Assembly: GCA_963726515.1 (NCBI GenBank)
Contig: CAVSCW010000019.1
Location: forward strand, 20,727-84,726
Direction of reading: 5' to 3'
Length of the DNA: 64,000 nucleotides
From: an uncultured Actinomycetota bacterium
GTDB taxonomy: Bacteria; Actinomycetota; Actinomycetes; Propionibacteriales; Nocardioidaceae
How positions within the stretch are numbered: position 1 is the first letter of the stretch; the number at the start of each line of letters is the position of its first letter. Made by a program: the position numbers and the translations under genes. Positions 10,447-20,899 of this stretch are shown in pieces. The notes beneath the pieces are model-generated. The model was not told where the DNA came from. It did not search any database and saw nothing but the letters and a program-made list of their open reading frames with translations.

Positions 10447-10905
10447 GTGGACTACGCCGAACGCCTCACCGTTCCGTTGCGCTGGTGGGCGCAGGGCACG
10501 ATGCTGGTGGTGTCGCTGTGGCTGGCCGTGCTGGCCGCGACGCCCGAGGTCGTCGCGTGGTCGGTCACCGCCGTGGGCCTGTCGCTGCTGGTGTCGCTGA
10601 TGGTCGGCTACGGCCGTGCGCAGGTGGCGGTCGACGGCGGAACCTTCCGGGCCGGCCGGGCGCACATCGCCCTCGCGCACGTCGGCGCGGTCACGGCCCT
10701 CGACGCCGAGGGCGTACGTCGACAGGCCGGCGTGGACGCCGACGCCCGGGCCTACCTCCTGCTGCGGCCCTATCTCAAGCGAGGGGTCCGCGTCGACATC
10801 ACCGACCCGGACGACCCGGCGCCGTACTGGCTGGTCAGCTGCCGACGACCGGACTCGCTCGTCGCCGCCCTCGAAGCCGCACGGGACAGCGAGAGGACCG
10901 GATAG
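10447..10905 (+). CDS. DUF3093-like membrane protein
   Basis: [12 protein letters not shown], two TM helices, [12 protein letters not shown]; divergent from dut. Confidence 0.82.
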   Translation: MDYAERLTVPLRWWAQGTMLVVSLWLAVLAATPEVVAWSVTAVGLSLLVSLMVGYGRAQVAVDGGTFRAGRAHIALAHVGAVTALDAEGVRRQAGVDADARAYLLLRPYLKRGVRVDITDPDDPAPYWLVSCRRPDSLVAALEAARDSERTG

Positions 10906-10926
10906 GCGCCGGATAGGCTGGGCGAC

Positions 10927-11268
10927 ATGGCTTCCTCCTCGTCCTCGAAGGACACCTCGACCAGCAAGTTCTACTCGGCGTTCTCGCTCCTGGCCGCCAT
11001 CGCCGCAGCCTCGGTGGTCAAGAAGGGACTCAACACCTCGTGGCGCGCGGCCACCGGCAAGAACCCGCCGGCCAACCCCGCCGACCCCGACGTGCGCCTG
11101 GCAGAGGCCGTGATGTGGGCTGCCGTCAGCGGGACGATGATCGGGGTCGCCCGGATGCTGGCGACCCGCCGCGCGGCCAGCTACTACGCCAAGTCCACCG
11201 GACACCTGCCGCCCCAGCTGCAGAAGGACGGGCAGGACGCGAAGAAGGCGCCCGCCGCCGAGTCCTGA
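10927..11268 (+). CDS. DUF4235-like small membrane protein
   Basis: [10 protein letters not shown] and [10 protein letters not shown] pattern. Confidence 0.75.
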   Translation: MASSSSSKDTSTSKFYSAFSLLAAIAAASVVKKGLNTSWRAATGKNPPANPADPDVRLAEAVMWAAVSGTMIGVARMLATRRAASYYAKSTGHLPPQLQKDGQDAKKAPAAES

Positions 11269-11279
11269 GCTGCGCACTG

Positions 11280-11325
11280 CACGACACAGCGCCCGCCCCC
11301 ACAGGGAACGGGCGCTGTCGTCGTG
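11280..11325. terminator. probable bidirectional hairpin terminator
   Basis: ACAGCGCCCG (11286) / CGGGCGCTGT (11309) stem extended by CACGAC/GTCGTG, between convergent genes. Confidence 0.7.
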
Positions 11326-11348
11326 TCAGCCTGTGAGCCGGCGTGCGC

Positions 11349-11639
11349 TCAGACGCAGTCGCGGCAGATCAGCTTCTTCTCGTCCGCGAGCTGCGAGCGG
11401 TGGTGGACCAGGAAGCAGCTCATGCAGGTGAACTCGTCATCCTGTCGAGGCATGACCTCGACCGCCAGCTCCTCGTGCGACAGGTCGGCACCGGGCAGCT
11501 CGAAGGACTCGGCCGCCTCGGTCTCGTCCTCGTCGACCTTGCCCGAGTTCTTGTCGTGGCGTCGGGCCTTGAGCTCCTCGATGCTCTCCTCGCTCTGGTC
11601 CTCCTCGGACTTGCGCGGTGCGTCGTAGTCGGTGGCCAT
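11349..11639 (-). CDS. DUF4193-like protein
   Basis: MATDYDAPR...ELPGADLS...FTCMSCFLVHHRSQL...CRDC. Confidence 0.88.
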   Translation of the reverse strand: MATDYDAPRKSEEDQSEESIEELKARRHDKNSGKVDEDETEAAESFELPGADLSHEELAVEVMPRQDDEFTCMSCFLVHHRSQLADEKKLICRDCV

Positions 11640-11854
11640 CGATTCCCTCTCCCCATGCAGTGGTTCAGACCCGCCGGATCGCAGCGCGGACCTGATACCG
11701 AGTTGTGCTCGTCGTCGGCGCCAGATTGTGCACCATGAACCGGCTCCGTGGTGAGCCGGTCCGCAACGTGTCGCTTGAACAGTGGGACACGTCTCCCTAT
11801 TCCCCGGCCCCAACCGGGCCGCGTCCGCCCGTCCCAGCGGCTGCCAGGGCCTGG

Positions 11855-12667
11855 TCAGGCCAGGAAGCCGGTCTCCTTGAGCAGCACGACGAAGCTGTCC
11901 CAGCCGTCGCTCGGCGTGGCCACCACGACGGCCTCGCGCGGCCACCCCTCGAGGTCCATGGTGCCGGCGAGCACGCCGAACCGGCCACCGGCCTCGCGCA
12001 GTACGACGGCGGCGGCGGACCAGTCCCAGGGCATGGAGCCCTCTTCGACGTAGGCGTCCGCGGAGCCGTCGGCGACATGGCAGATGTCGAGTGCGCTGGA
12101 GCCGATCCGCCGGATGTCGCGGACAGCGGGCAGCAGCGTGGCCAGGCACTGCGCCTGGTGGGTGCGGACCTCGGGCCGGTAGCCGAAGCCGGTCATGACC
12201 AGCCGCTGGGCGACCGGTGGGCTCGGCCGGACCGAGATCGGGGTGCCGTCGCGCGTGGCGCCGTGGCCCTGCGCAGCGGCGTACTCGACGTCGGACCCGA
12301 TGCCGACGACCGCCCCGGCGACCGGTACGCCGTCCTGCTCGGCGGCCACGGACACGGCGCAGTCGCGGATCCCGTAGAGGTAGTTGACGGTCCCGTCGAT
12401 CGGGTCGATGACCCAGCGCACACCGCTCGTGCCGGCATGGTCCTCACCCTCCTCGCCGAGGATGGCGTCGTCCGGTCGGTGCTCGAGCAGCCGGCGTCGC
12501 AGCAGCTCCTCGACCGCACGGTCGGCGCGGGTGACCACGTCGGTGGCGCTCGACTTGGTGTCGGCCACGTCGATGCCCACCTCGCGCATCCGGCGGGCGA
12601 GGGCGGCCCCCTCCCGGGCGACCGCGACCGCGAGATCACGCAGCTCGGCGGTGTCGGGCGCGCTCAC
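11855..12667 (-). CDS. suhB: inositol monophosphatase family protein
   Basis: [30 protein letters not shown]; GTG overlaps hemH stop. Confidence 0.88.
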   Translation of the reverse strand: MSAPDTAELRDLAVAVAREGAALARRMREVGIDVADTKSSATDVVTRADRAVEELLRRRLLEHRPDDAILGEEGEDHAGTSGVRWVIDPIDGTVNYLYGIRDCAVSVAAEQDGVPVAGAVVGIGSDVEYAAAQGHGATRDGTPISVRPSPPVAQRLVMTGFGYRPEVRTHQAQCLATLLPAVRDIRRIGSSALDICHVADGSADAYVEEGSMPWDWSAAAVVLREAGGRFGVLAGTMDLEGWPREAVVVATPSDGWDSFVVLLKETGFLA

Positions 12668-13782
12668 GAGTCCTGCCCGCACAGGGCCGGGCGCGGCCCG
12701 CGCGGGTTCGGGCAGCAGCCCGCACCGCAGAGGTCGGGGCCGGCGCTCATCGACCCCACCGCCGGGCGGGCCGGCTGCTCGCCGCGCTCCGCCGCCGCGC
12801 GCTCGAGCACGAGGTCGCGGACCATGGCGACGAAGCGCGGGTCGACACCGGCGCTGGCAGCGCGCACGGCCGTGATGCCGAGCCGCTCTGCGGTGGCCAT
12901 CGCCTCGGTGTCGAGGTCGTAGATGACCTCCATGTGGTCGGACACGAAGCCGATCGGGGCCATGACGACCGACTCCACGCCGTCGGAGGCCAGCGCGGTG
13001 AGGTGGTCGTTGACGTCGGGCTCGAGCCACGGTGTCGACGGGGCGCCCGAGCGCGAGCAGTAGACGAGGTCGTGCCGGTGGGCGCGACCCGTCGCCTCCC
13101 GCACCCGGCGGGCCACCTCGTCGACCGCGCTGCGGTGCTGCAGGACGTACGCCCCTCGGGGCTGTGCGTGGGCCTCCTCGGGCGCGCCACTGGTCTCGGC
13201 CATCTCCGTCGGGATCGAGTGGGTGACGAAGACCAGCCGGGCGGCGTCCCCGTGGTCGGGGAGCTGGGCCAGGGCGGCCAGGCACGCATCGACGACCGGC
13301 TCGATGAAACCCGGGTGGTTGTAGTACTGCCGCAGCTTGTCGAGCCGCGGCGCGCCGGGCGTCTCGGCGACGGCGTCGAAGAGGTTCTCGCGGTACTGCC
13401 GGCACGAGGACCACGACGAGTACGCCGAGGTGGTGAAGACCGCCGCCCGGCGGACCCCGTCGGCCTTCATCGTGGCCAGCGTGTCGGCGAGGTAGGGGTC
13501 CCAGTTGCGGTTGCCGAAGTAGACCGGCAGCTCGATGCCCTGGTCGGCGAAGTCCTTCTCCACGGCGGCGATCAGCGCGCGGTTCTGGTCGTTGATCGGG
13601 CTGCGGCCGCCGAAGAGGAAGTAGTGCTCCCCCACCTGCTCGAGCCGCTCGCGCGGGATCCCCCGTCCGCGTGTCACGTTCTCCAGGAACGGCACCACGT
13701 CGTCGGGCTGCTCCGGCCCGCCGAAGGAGAGGACCAGGAGTGCGTCGTACGGCAGCACGTCGGGGCGACCCGCAGGATTCAT
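12664..13782 (-). CDS. hemH: ferrochelatase (coproporphyrin ferrochelatase)
   Basis: [34 protein letters not shown]. Confidence 0.93.
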   Translation of the reverse strand: MNPAGRPDVLPYDALLVLSFGGPEQPDDVVPFLENVTRGRGIPRERLEQVGEHYFLFGGRSPINDQNRALIAAVEKDFADQGIELPVYFGNRNWDPYLADTLATMKADGVRRAAVFTTSAYSSWSSCRQYRENLFDAVAETPGAPRLDKLRQYYNHPGFIEPVVDACLAALAQLPDHGDAARLVFVTHSIPTEMAETSGAPEEAHAQPRGAYVLQHRSAVDEVARRVREATGRAHRHDLVYCSRSGAPSTPWLEPDVNDHLTALASDGVESVVMAPIGFVSDHMEVIYDLDTEAMATAERLGITAVRAASAGVDPRFVAMVRDLVLERAAAERGEQPARPAVGSMSAGPDLCGAGCCPNPRGPRPALCGQDS

Positions 13783-13815
13783 GGAGCCAGCCTAGACACG
13801 CCTACGATCGCCTCG

Positions 13816-15001
13816 ATGCTCGACTCCTACCGCCGGGTGCTGGTGCGACCGGGCGCCTTCGCCTTCAGCAGCGCCGCACTGGTCGCCCGGCTGCCCATGT
13901 CCATGGTCGGGCTCGGGATCGTGATCCTCGTCCAGCAGCAGACCGGGTCCTACGGGCTGGCCGGCACCGTCGTCCGCGGCGTTCGTGCTGGCCGAGGCCG
14001 CGTTCGCGGTGCCGCACGGGCGCTGGGTCGACCACTTCGGCCAGGCCCGGGTGCTGCCGCTCGCGATCTCGGTCTTCGGGGCCGGCCTGGCGCTGATGAT
14101 GCTCGCGGTCCAGCAGGACTGGCCGCGGGTCCTCGTCTACGTCTTCGCGGCGCTCTCCGGGGCGTCGCTGCCCCAGGTCGGGGCGAGCGTGCGCACCCGC
14201 TGGTCGCACCTGCTCGACGAGCCCGGGGAGGTGCAGACCGCGTTCGCGCTCGAGGCCGTCCTCGACGAGGTCGTGTTCGTCGTCGGCCCCGTCCTGGTGA
14301 CCTTGCTGGCCACGAGCTGGCACCCGGTCGCCGGGCTCTCCTTCGCGCTGGTGAGCGGTGTCCTCGGCACGTTCGCGTTCGCTGCGCAGCGCGCCACCGA
14401 GCCTCCGGCCGGTCGCACCGTGAGCACGGGTGCGCGCGCCCCCATGCCGTGGCGGCTCGTGCTCCCGCTGGCCCTGGTCTGCCTCACCCTCGGCGCCCTC
14501 TTCGGCGCCGCGGAGGTCACGACGGTCGCCTTCGCCGAGGAGCAGGGCAAGCGCTGGGTGGCGGGCTGGCTGCTGGCGGCATGGTCCTTCGGGAGCCTGG
14601 TCGCCGGCCTGGTGACGGGCGCGGTCGTGTGGCGCAGCGGGCCGGACGTCCGCCTGCGGTGGGGCTCGGCTGCCATGGCGCTGGCGATGGCGCCGCTGAT
14701 GTTCGTCGACTCGGTCCCGCTGATGGCGGTCGTGCTCCTCGTCGGCGGCTTCGCGATCGCGCCCACCCTCATCAGCGCGATGACCATGGTGGAGCAGGGC
14801 GTCCCGAGGGGTCGCCTGACCGAGGGGATGGCGATCCTGCACACCGGGATCGTCGCGGGCGTGGCGCCGGGCGCGAGCATCGCCGGGTTCGTCGTGGACC
14901 ACAGCGGGGCTTCCGCCGCGTACGCCGTGGCGCTCGCCGGTGGCGTGCTGGGTGCGATCGTGGCCCAGACGGCACGCCGCTCCCCCGCAGCCATGCCCTA
15001 G
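13816..15001 (+). pseudogene. MFS transporter with a +1 frameshift near 13971 (pseudogene or sequencing error)
   Basis: N-terminus MLDSYRRVL...GSYGLAGTV in one frame; SAAFVLAEAAFAVPHGRWVD...ALEAVLDE continues in the frame ending at 15001. Confidence 0.8.
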
Positions 15002-15010
15002 CGTGCGGCC

Positions 15011-16333
15011 ATGACCTCCCCCGTCCACGGTCACCGGTGGCGCAACTGGTCCGGCCTCGAGGAGGCCGTCCCCCGCCACGTCGAGACGCCCACCACGGTC
15101 GAGGCGGTCGTCGACGTCGTACGACGCACGCGGGACGCGGGAGCGAGCGTCAAGATGACCGGCACCGGGCACTCCTTCACCGCCATCGCCGCGCCCGAGC
15201 ACACGCTGCTGCGGCCCGAGGCCCTGAGCGGGATCCTCGCCGTCGACCGCGGGTCGATGACCGTGACCGCCCGCGCGGGCACCCCGCTCAAGGAGCTCAA
15301 CCTCGCCCTCGAGCGGCTCGGGCTGTCCCTGCACAACATGGGCGACATCGCCGAGCAGACCCTCGCCGGCGCCACGTCCACCGGCACCCACGGCACCGGA
15401 GGCACGGCCGCGGGGCTCGCTGCCCAGCTGGCCGGGCTCGAGATGGTCACCGGGACCGGCGAGGTGCTGCGGGCGTCCGCGACCGAGAATCCCGACGTGT
15501 TCGACGTGGCGAGGATCGGCCTCGGCGCGCTCGGCATCCTGACCAGCCTCACCTTCCACGTCGAGCCGCTGTTCGTCGTCGAGGCCCACGAGCAGCCCAT
15601 GTCCTGGAGCCGGGCGCTCGGGTCCTACGACGAGATGGTCGCGGGCGCGCACCACGTCGACATGTACTGGTTCCCCCACACCGACCGGATGCTGGTGAAG
15701 CAGAACGTCCGCACCGACCTCGAGCCCGGGGAGCAGGAGCCGCCGTCGCGGCTCGCGGCGTGGTGGGAGGACGAGCTCGTCTCCAACACCGTCTTCGGGG
15801 GGCTGTGCCGGGTCGGGTCGCGGGCCCCGGGACTCGTCCCGCGGATCAACCGGGTGGCCGGCCGCGCCCTCTCGGAGCGCCGCTACAGCGACCTCGCCCA
15901 TCGCGTCTTCGTGAGCCCTCGCCGGGTGCGCTTCCGCGAGATGGAGTACGCCGTCGCGCGCGACGTCGGCCTCGACGTGCTGCGCGAGTGCCGCCGGGTC
16001 ATCGAGGCCAGCGACTGGAGGATCGCGTTCCCGGTCGAGGTCCGCACGGCCCCCGCCGACGACGTACCGCTGTCGACCGCGCACGGCCGTGACAGCCTCT
16101 ACCTCGCCTTCCACGTGCCCCACGACACCGACCACCGGGCGTACTTCGGTGGTCTCGAACCCCTCCTGCGTGAGGCGGGCGGACGTCCCCACTGGGGCAA
16201 GGTCCACACCCGCGCCGCTGCCGACCTCGCACCGGCGTACGACCGCTTCGACGACTTCCTCGCGTTGCGCGAGCGGCTCGACCCGGACCGGGTGTTCGCC
16301 AACGCCCACCTCCGCCGGGTGCTCGGCGCCTGA
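15011..16333 (+). CDS. FAD-linked oxidoreductase, D-arabinono-1,4-lactone oxidase family
   Basis: WRNWSG, GTGHSF, GTHGTG, EMEY, GGRPHWGK, DPDRVFAN. Confidence 0.9.
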   Translation: MTSPVHGHRWRNWSGLEEAVPRHVETPTTVEAVVDVVRRTRDAGASVKMTGTGHSFTAIAAPEHTLLRPEALSGILAVDRGSMTVTARAGTPLKELNLALERLGLSLHNMGDIAEQTLAGATSTGTHGTGGTAAGLAAQLAGLEMVTGTGEVLRASATENPDVFDVARIGLGALGILTSLTFHVEPLFVVEAHEQPMSWSRALGSYDEMVAGAHHVDMYWFPHTDRMLVKQNVRTDLEPGEQEPPSRLAAWWEDELVSNTVFGGLCRVGSRAPGLVPRINRVAGRALSERRYSDLAHRVFVSPRRVRFREMEYAVARDVGLDVLRECRRVIEASDWRIAFPVEVRTAPADDVPLSTAHGRDSLYLAFHVPHDTDHRAYFGGLEPLLREAGGRPHWGKVHTRAAADLAPAYDRFDDFLALRERLDPDRVFANAHLRRVLGA

Positions 16334-16353
16334 GGGGGCCCGGGTGCCACTCG

Positions 16354-16439
16354 CCAGTTTCCCCGGGTACCCGGGGAAACTGGAGCCTCACCCCCGAAAC
16401 TTCGCACTGGAACCTTCAGTTTCCCCGGTTACCCGGGGA
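16354..16439. repeat. perfect 30-bp palindrome plus a second near-copy (REP-like pair)
   Basis: CCAGTTTCCCCGGGTACCCGGGGAAACTGG at 16354-16383; CAGTTTCCCCGGTTACCCGGGGA at 16417-16439. Confidence 0.85.
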
Positions 16440-16457
16440 TCGCGACACGGGCGGGCC

Positions 16458-17093
16458 TCAGACGCTCGCCGGGCCCTTGGGCATCGGCGCCCGCCACCCA
16501 CGCACGGCAGCGAGCAGGCGCCAGCCCAGGCAGACGCTGAACCCGGCAGCGGCGACGAAGGCCAACGGCAGGTCGGCACGGTCGAGCGCGACCGCGACCG
16601 CCGCACCGGCGAGGGCGGGCGTGGCATAGAGAACGCCCTCGAAGATCACCGGGACCCGGCCCGCGAGGACGTCGCGCAGGATGCCGCCGCCGATGCCGGT
16701 GAGCATCCCCAGCAGGGCCGCGGGGAGCGGGCCGAGCCCGTAGTCGACGGCCTTCAACGCACCCGTCACACAGAACAGCGCGAGCCCGAAGGCGTCGAAC
16801 AGGGTCACGACACGCTCCAGGCGACCGATGGTCGGGTGGAACGCGAAGGTCAGCAGACCGGCCGCGACGGGCACCAGGAGGTAGCGCCAGTCGGCCAGCG
16901 CCGCCGGCGGGGTGGCGCCGATCAGGACGTCGCGGATGAAGCCGCCGCCGAGGCCGGTGACGCTGGCCAGCACGAGGGCGGCGAAGAGGTCGAGGTGCTT
17001 GCGCACCGCCACCAGCGCACCGGTCACCGCGAAGACGAAGATGCCGATGAGGTCGAGCACGACGAGCGTCGTGGCGAACTCGTTCGGCGGCAC
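16458..17093 (-). CDS. trimeric intracellular cation channel (TRIC/UPF0126) membrane protein
   Basis: Duplicated GGGxxRD motifs (GGGFIRD, GGGILRD), DAFGLALF, YATPA. Confidence 0.88.
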   Translation of the reverse strand: MPPNEFATTLVVLDLIGIFVFAVTGALVAVRKHLDLFAALVLASVTGLGGGFIRDVLIGATPPAALADWRYLLVPVAAGLLTFAFHPTIGRLERVVTLFDAFGLALFCVTGALKAVDYGLGPLPAALLGMLTGIGGGILRDVLAGRVPVIFEGVLYATPALAGAAVAVALDRADLPLAFVAAAGFSVCLGWRLLAAVRGWRAPMPKGPASV

Positions 17094-17236
17094 GACGCAC
17101 AGGCTAGGGCACGCCCGCGAGCGCGCGCTCGGCGCGCCGCAGGCGTAGCGGTCCGGGGGCTCGACGCTGGCGTAGGCTCGGCTGACCGGATGCCGCCGGC
17201 GCATCGACGACCACCCCAGGCAGGAGCCCCCAGGCC

Positions 17237-18199
17237 ATGGCCCAGCTGACGTTCACCGGACGCAGCGGGGACGGCAAGCGCCTGCTGCTGGTGGACGCCT
17301 CGGGCCAGGAACACACCCTGGTGATCGACGCCCGGCTCCGTCGCGCCCTGTCAGGCGCGTCCGCAAGCAACGGCCAGTTGGAGATCCCGATGGAATCAAC
17401 CCTCCGCCCCCGCGACATCCAGGCGCGCATCCGCGCCGGAGAGACGCCCGAGTCGGTCGCCCACGCGGCCGGCACGTCGGTCGAGAAGATCATGCCGTTC
17501 GCAGCGCCGGTGATGGCCGAGCGCGCCCACATGGTGCAGCGTGCCCAGCTCGCCTCCGTACGCCGTCGCGCCAGCGAGTCCGGTGCCCGCACCCTGGGCG
17601 AGGCGGTCGGTGCCCACCTGAGGTCGCACAACGTCGACCCCGACATCATCGAGTGGGACGCCTGGCGGCGCGAGGACGGCCGCTGGACGCTCACGGGCCT
17701 GTTCGACGTCGCGGGCCGCACCGGGGCCGCCACCTTCTCCCACGATCCCCGCGGCAACTTCGTGACCGTGGACGACGAGGACGCCCGCTGGCTGGTCGGC
17801 GACGCAGCCGGCGACGCAGCGGGCGTCGCGGCCGACGAACCGGCAGCGGCCGACGACCTCGCCGCTGCACGCCGGCGTCGCCTGGTCACGGCGCCCGATG
17901 AGGAGCCGGCCCTGGGTGAGGACGCCATCGAGATGGTGGCCGACGAGGAGTCGGCGACCGAGACCACGATGGAGCTGGGCGAGACCTCGCTGGGGTCCGA
18001 GCAGCCCCTCGAGGCCTACCTGGACGACCCGCACGACGACACTCCCACCCCCGACGAGGCAACCTCCCGCGACGCCGTCGACCCGCCGGACGAGGCCGAG
18101 GCACACTCCGAGCCGCCCGCCAAGCCGGCCCGCAAGCGCGGCCGTGCCTCGGTGCCGAGCTGGGACGAGATCATGTTCGGCGGCGGCAAGTCCGACTGA
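17237..18199 (+). CDS. sepH: septation protein SepH (DUF3071)
   Basis: LRPRDIQARIRAG HTH, WDAWRREDGRW, C-terminal RASVPSWDEIMFG. Confidence 0.9.
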   Translation: MAQLTFTGRSGDGKRLLLVDASGQEHTLVIDARLRRALSGASASNGQLEIPMESTLRPRDIQARIRAGETPESVAHAAGTSVEKIMPFAAPVMAERAHMVQRAQLASVRRRASESGARTLGEAVGAHLRSHNVDPDIIEWDAWRREDGRWTLTGLFDVAGRTGAATFSHDPRGNFVTVDDEDARWLVGDAAGDAAGVAADEPAAADDLAAARRRRLVTAPDEEPALGEDAIEMVADEESATETTMELGETSLGSEQPLEAYLDDPHDDTPTPDEATSRDAVDPPDEAEAHSEPPAKPARKRGRASVPSWDEIMFGGGKSD

Positions 18200-18203
18200 A
18201 CCG

Positions 18204-19037
18204 GTGCGCCTGGTCCACCTCAACGTCCACCCGCTCAAGTCCGCAGCGATCCGGCCGGTCCGGTCCGCGTGGGTGGGCCTGAGCGGCCTCGAGGACGACC
18301 GCACCTGGATGGTGATCGACCGCGACGCCCGGATGGTGTCGGCGCGCGAGGTCCGTGAGCTGTTCACCGTCGTCGCGGACACCCCCACGACGGACGCGAC
18401 GCTCGACACCGCCCTGCGCCTGCGCGCCCCCGGGCACCCCGACCTGCTGCTGCACCAGCCGGACGGCGACCGCCTGGGGGTCCGGCTCTTCTCCCTCGAC
18501 CTGGAGGCCGTGCCTGCCGGTCCCGCAGCCGACGAGTGGTTGCAGTCGGTGCTCGGCCACGACGTACGGCTGGTGTGGTGCGACGACCCGACGCGGCGCT
18601 CCCTGCAGCCCGGCTTCTCCGAGCCGGGGGACCACGCGGCCTTCCCCGACGCCTTCCCGGTGACGCTGGCCAGCACGTCGTCGCTCGACCGGCTCAACGA
18701 CTGGATCGCTGAGGAGGCGGTCGAGCGAGGCGAGGAGCTTCCGGCACCTCTGCCCATGAGCCGCTTCCGGCCCAACCTCGTCGTCGACGCGGACGTGCCC
18801 TTCGCGGAGGACGACTGGGCCGAGGTCCGGATCGGCGGGGTCGCGCTCCGTCGGGGCAAGCCCGTCGACCGGTGCGTGATGACCACGATCGACCCCCTGT
18901 CCCTGGACACCGCCAAGGAGCCGGTCCGCACCCTCGCGCGTCATCGACGCGTGGACGGCAGGACCCTCTTCGCCGTCCACCTGGTGCCGGTCTCGTCCGG
19001 CCGGATCCGGGTCGGCGACGAGGTCACGGTCGCCTGA
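18204..19037 (+). CDS. MOSC-domain protein (YcbX/mARC-like)
   Basis: HPLKS, DRTWMV, FPDAFP, RFRPNLVV, RCVMTTIDP; GTG start chosen just after sepH stop. Confidence 0.87.
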   Translation: MRLVHLNVHPLKSAAIRPVRSAWVGLSGLEDDRTWMVIDRDARMVSAREVRELFTVVADTPTTDATLDTALRLRAPGHPDLLLHQPDGDRLGVRLFSLDLEAVPAGPAADEWLQSVLGHDVRLVWCDDPTRRSLQPGFSEPGDHAAFPDAFPVTLASTSSLDRLNDWIAEEAVERGEELPAPLPMSRFRPNLVVDADVPFAEDDWAEVRIGGVALRRGKPVDRCVMTTIDPLSLDTAKEPVRTLARHRRVDGRTLFAVHLVPVSSGRIRVGDEVTVA

Positions 19038-19040
19038 GGG

Positions 19041-20177
19041 TCACCCTCGCTCCACCGGCCGGTCCGGGTCGGTGATCCAGCCGCTCCAGCTGCCGGGGTA
19101 GAGGGCGGCGCGGATCCCGGCCACCTCCATCGCCAGCACGTCGTGCGCGGCGGTGACGCCGGAGCCGCAGTAGGCGGCCACCGATCCCGCGGTGTCGGCG
19201 CCCACCCGGACGTACGCCGCCCGCAGCCTCGCCGGTGAGCGGAAGCGGCCGCGGTCGTCGAGGTTCTCGGTGGTCGGCACGTTCACGGCCCCCGGGATGT
19301 GCCCGGCGACCGGATCGACCGGCTCGGTCTCCCCGGTATAGCGCTCCGCAGCCCGCGCGTCGATCAGGACGTCGACGTCGAGCACGTCGCCGGCCTCCAC
19401 CACCGGCATCCGCGGGGTCGCTGCGAGGGTGAAGTCACCGGGCTCGACCCTCGTCTCGCCCGCCTCGGCAGCGTGCCCGTCGCGGAGCCAGGCGCTCCAC
19501 CCGCCGTCGAGGACCCGCACGTCGTCGTGCCCGTGGTGCCGCAGCAGCCACCACGCGCGGGCCGCTGCCCGGCCCTGCCAGTCGTCGTACACGACGACGG
19601 GACGCGCGCCCCGCACACCGGCCCGGCGCATCGCGGCCTCGAACCGCCTCGGGTCCGGCAGTGGGTGCCGACCGCCTCCCCCCGGCGGGTCGGCGAGGTC
19701 CTGGTCGAGGTCGACGTACGCCGCGCCGGGGACGTGGCCGGCCAGGTGCTGCTCGCGACCGGGCGGGCCGCCCAGGAGGTAGCGCACGTCGAGGACGGTG
19801 AAGGTGGCGAGGTTGGCCGCCAGCTCGTCCGGGCTGATCAGCGGGCCGCGCCGCAGCACGCCGCACCGGTCGATCGCCTCGATCTCGGCGGCCGCGACCG
19901 CGGCGACCTGGAGCAGCTCGGCGCGTCGACGCGCGGGATCGACCTCGATGAGCGCCTCGAAGACCTCCTCGAGCAGGATCGCGTCCCACGAGTGCGCTCC
20001 TGAGGCCATCCGCGCGTCGTTGATCGCCTGCCACTGCGCCACGACCGGGACGAACGGCTCCGTGCCGGCGGGCCCGATCGAGGGATGGTCCTGGCGCCCC
20101 CACCGGGTCACCTGGCGGCGGCGCTCGGCGGCGATCTCACCGGCGATCGCGTCGATCCGGTCGAAGTCCTCGTCCAT
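19041..20177 (-). CDS. tandem-rhodanese sulfurtransferase (SseA/MST type) with N-terminal MazG-like helical domain
   Basis: GHVPGA, GRHPLP, LDGG, GHIPGA, YCGSGVTA, YPGSWSGW; extra ~105-aa N-terminus with ILLEEVFEA...ELLQVAAVA. Confidence 0.85.
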   Translation of the reverse strand: MDEDFDRIDAIAGEIAAERRRQVTRWGRQDHPSIGPAGTEPFVPVVAQWQAINDARMASGAHSWDAILLEEVFEALIEVDPARRRAELLQVAAVAAAEIEAIDRCGVLRRGPLISPDELAANLATFTVLDVRYLLGGPPGREQHLAGHVPGAAYVDLDQDLADPPGGGGRHPLPDPRRFEAAMRRAGVRGARPVVVYDDWQGRAAARAWWLLRHHGHDDVRVLDGGWSAWLRDGHAAEAGETRVEPGDFTLAATPRMPVVEAGDVLDVDVLIDARAAERYTGETEPVDPVAGHIPGAVNVPTTENLDDRGRFRSPARLRAAYVRVGADTAGSVAAYCGSGVTAAHDVLAMEVAGIRAALYPGSWSGWITDPDRPVERG

Positions 20178-20231
20178 GGTCGGCACGGTAGCCGCCTGGC
20201 CCGGCGAGCCCTGTGGCAAGATCGCCCGGTC

Positions 20232-20885
20232 ATGGCTGAACTCCACTTCTTCACGGGCACGATGGACTCCGGCAAGTCGACGCTGGCGCTCCAGACCAAC
20301 CACAACCACGCCGCCCGAGGACGCGTCGGCCGCATCTTCACCATCCACGACCGCGCGGGCGCAGCGGTCGTCTCCAGCCGCCTCGGGCTCACCCACGAGG
20401 CGCTCGAGGTCGACAACGACTTCGACTTCTGGGCCTACGTCGTCGACACGTTGACCCGCGGCGGCCGCATCGACTACCTGATCTGTGACGAGGCCCAGTT
20501 CTACGCCGCCGCCCAGATCGACCAGCTCGCCAAGGTGGTCGACGAGCTCCAGATCGACGTGTTCGCCTTCGGCATCCTCACCGACTTCCGCTCCTACCTG
20601 TTCCCCGGCAGCGCCCGCCTCGTCGAGCTCGCCGACCGGATGAACGTGCTGCAGGTCGAGGCCCTGTGCTGGTGCGGCAAGCGCGCCACCCACAACGCCC
20701 GGACCGAGAACGGCGCGATGGTCGTCGAGGGCGAGGTGATCGTCGTCGGCGACGTCGAGGCGGCCGACGAGCCGCCCGCGGACGTGGCGTACGAGGTCCT
20801 GTGCCGCCAGCACCACCGGCGCCGGCTCACGGCAGCGCGGGCGAAGGCCGTCAGCCTGGCACCCGAGCCGCTGCCCTTCGGCTGA
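20232..20885 (+). CDS. tdk: thymidine kinase
   Basis: GTMDSGKST P-loop, SRLG, DEAQF, TDFR, CWC...CRQH Zn site. Confidence 0.95.
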   Translation: MAELHFFTGTMDSGKSTLALQTNHNHAARGRVGRIFTIHDRAGAAVVSSRLGLTHEALEVDNDFDFWAYVVDTLTRGGRIDYLICDEAQFYAAAQIDQLAKVVDELQIDVFAFGILTDFRSYLFPGSARLVELADRMNVLQVEALCWCGKRATHNARTENGAMVVEGEVIVVGDVEAADEPPADVAYEVLCRQHHRRRLTAARAKAVSLAPEPLPFG

Positions 20886-20899
20886 CCGCCCCTCCCCCT

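Noticed and set aside
12934-16092. 1052-aa ORF and similar long Arg/Pro/Gly-rich ORFs (e.g. 25514-28390, 53010-56168)
   Set aside because: Off-frame or antisense products typical of very high-GC DNA; only the MFS N-terminus inside this one is real.
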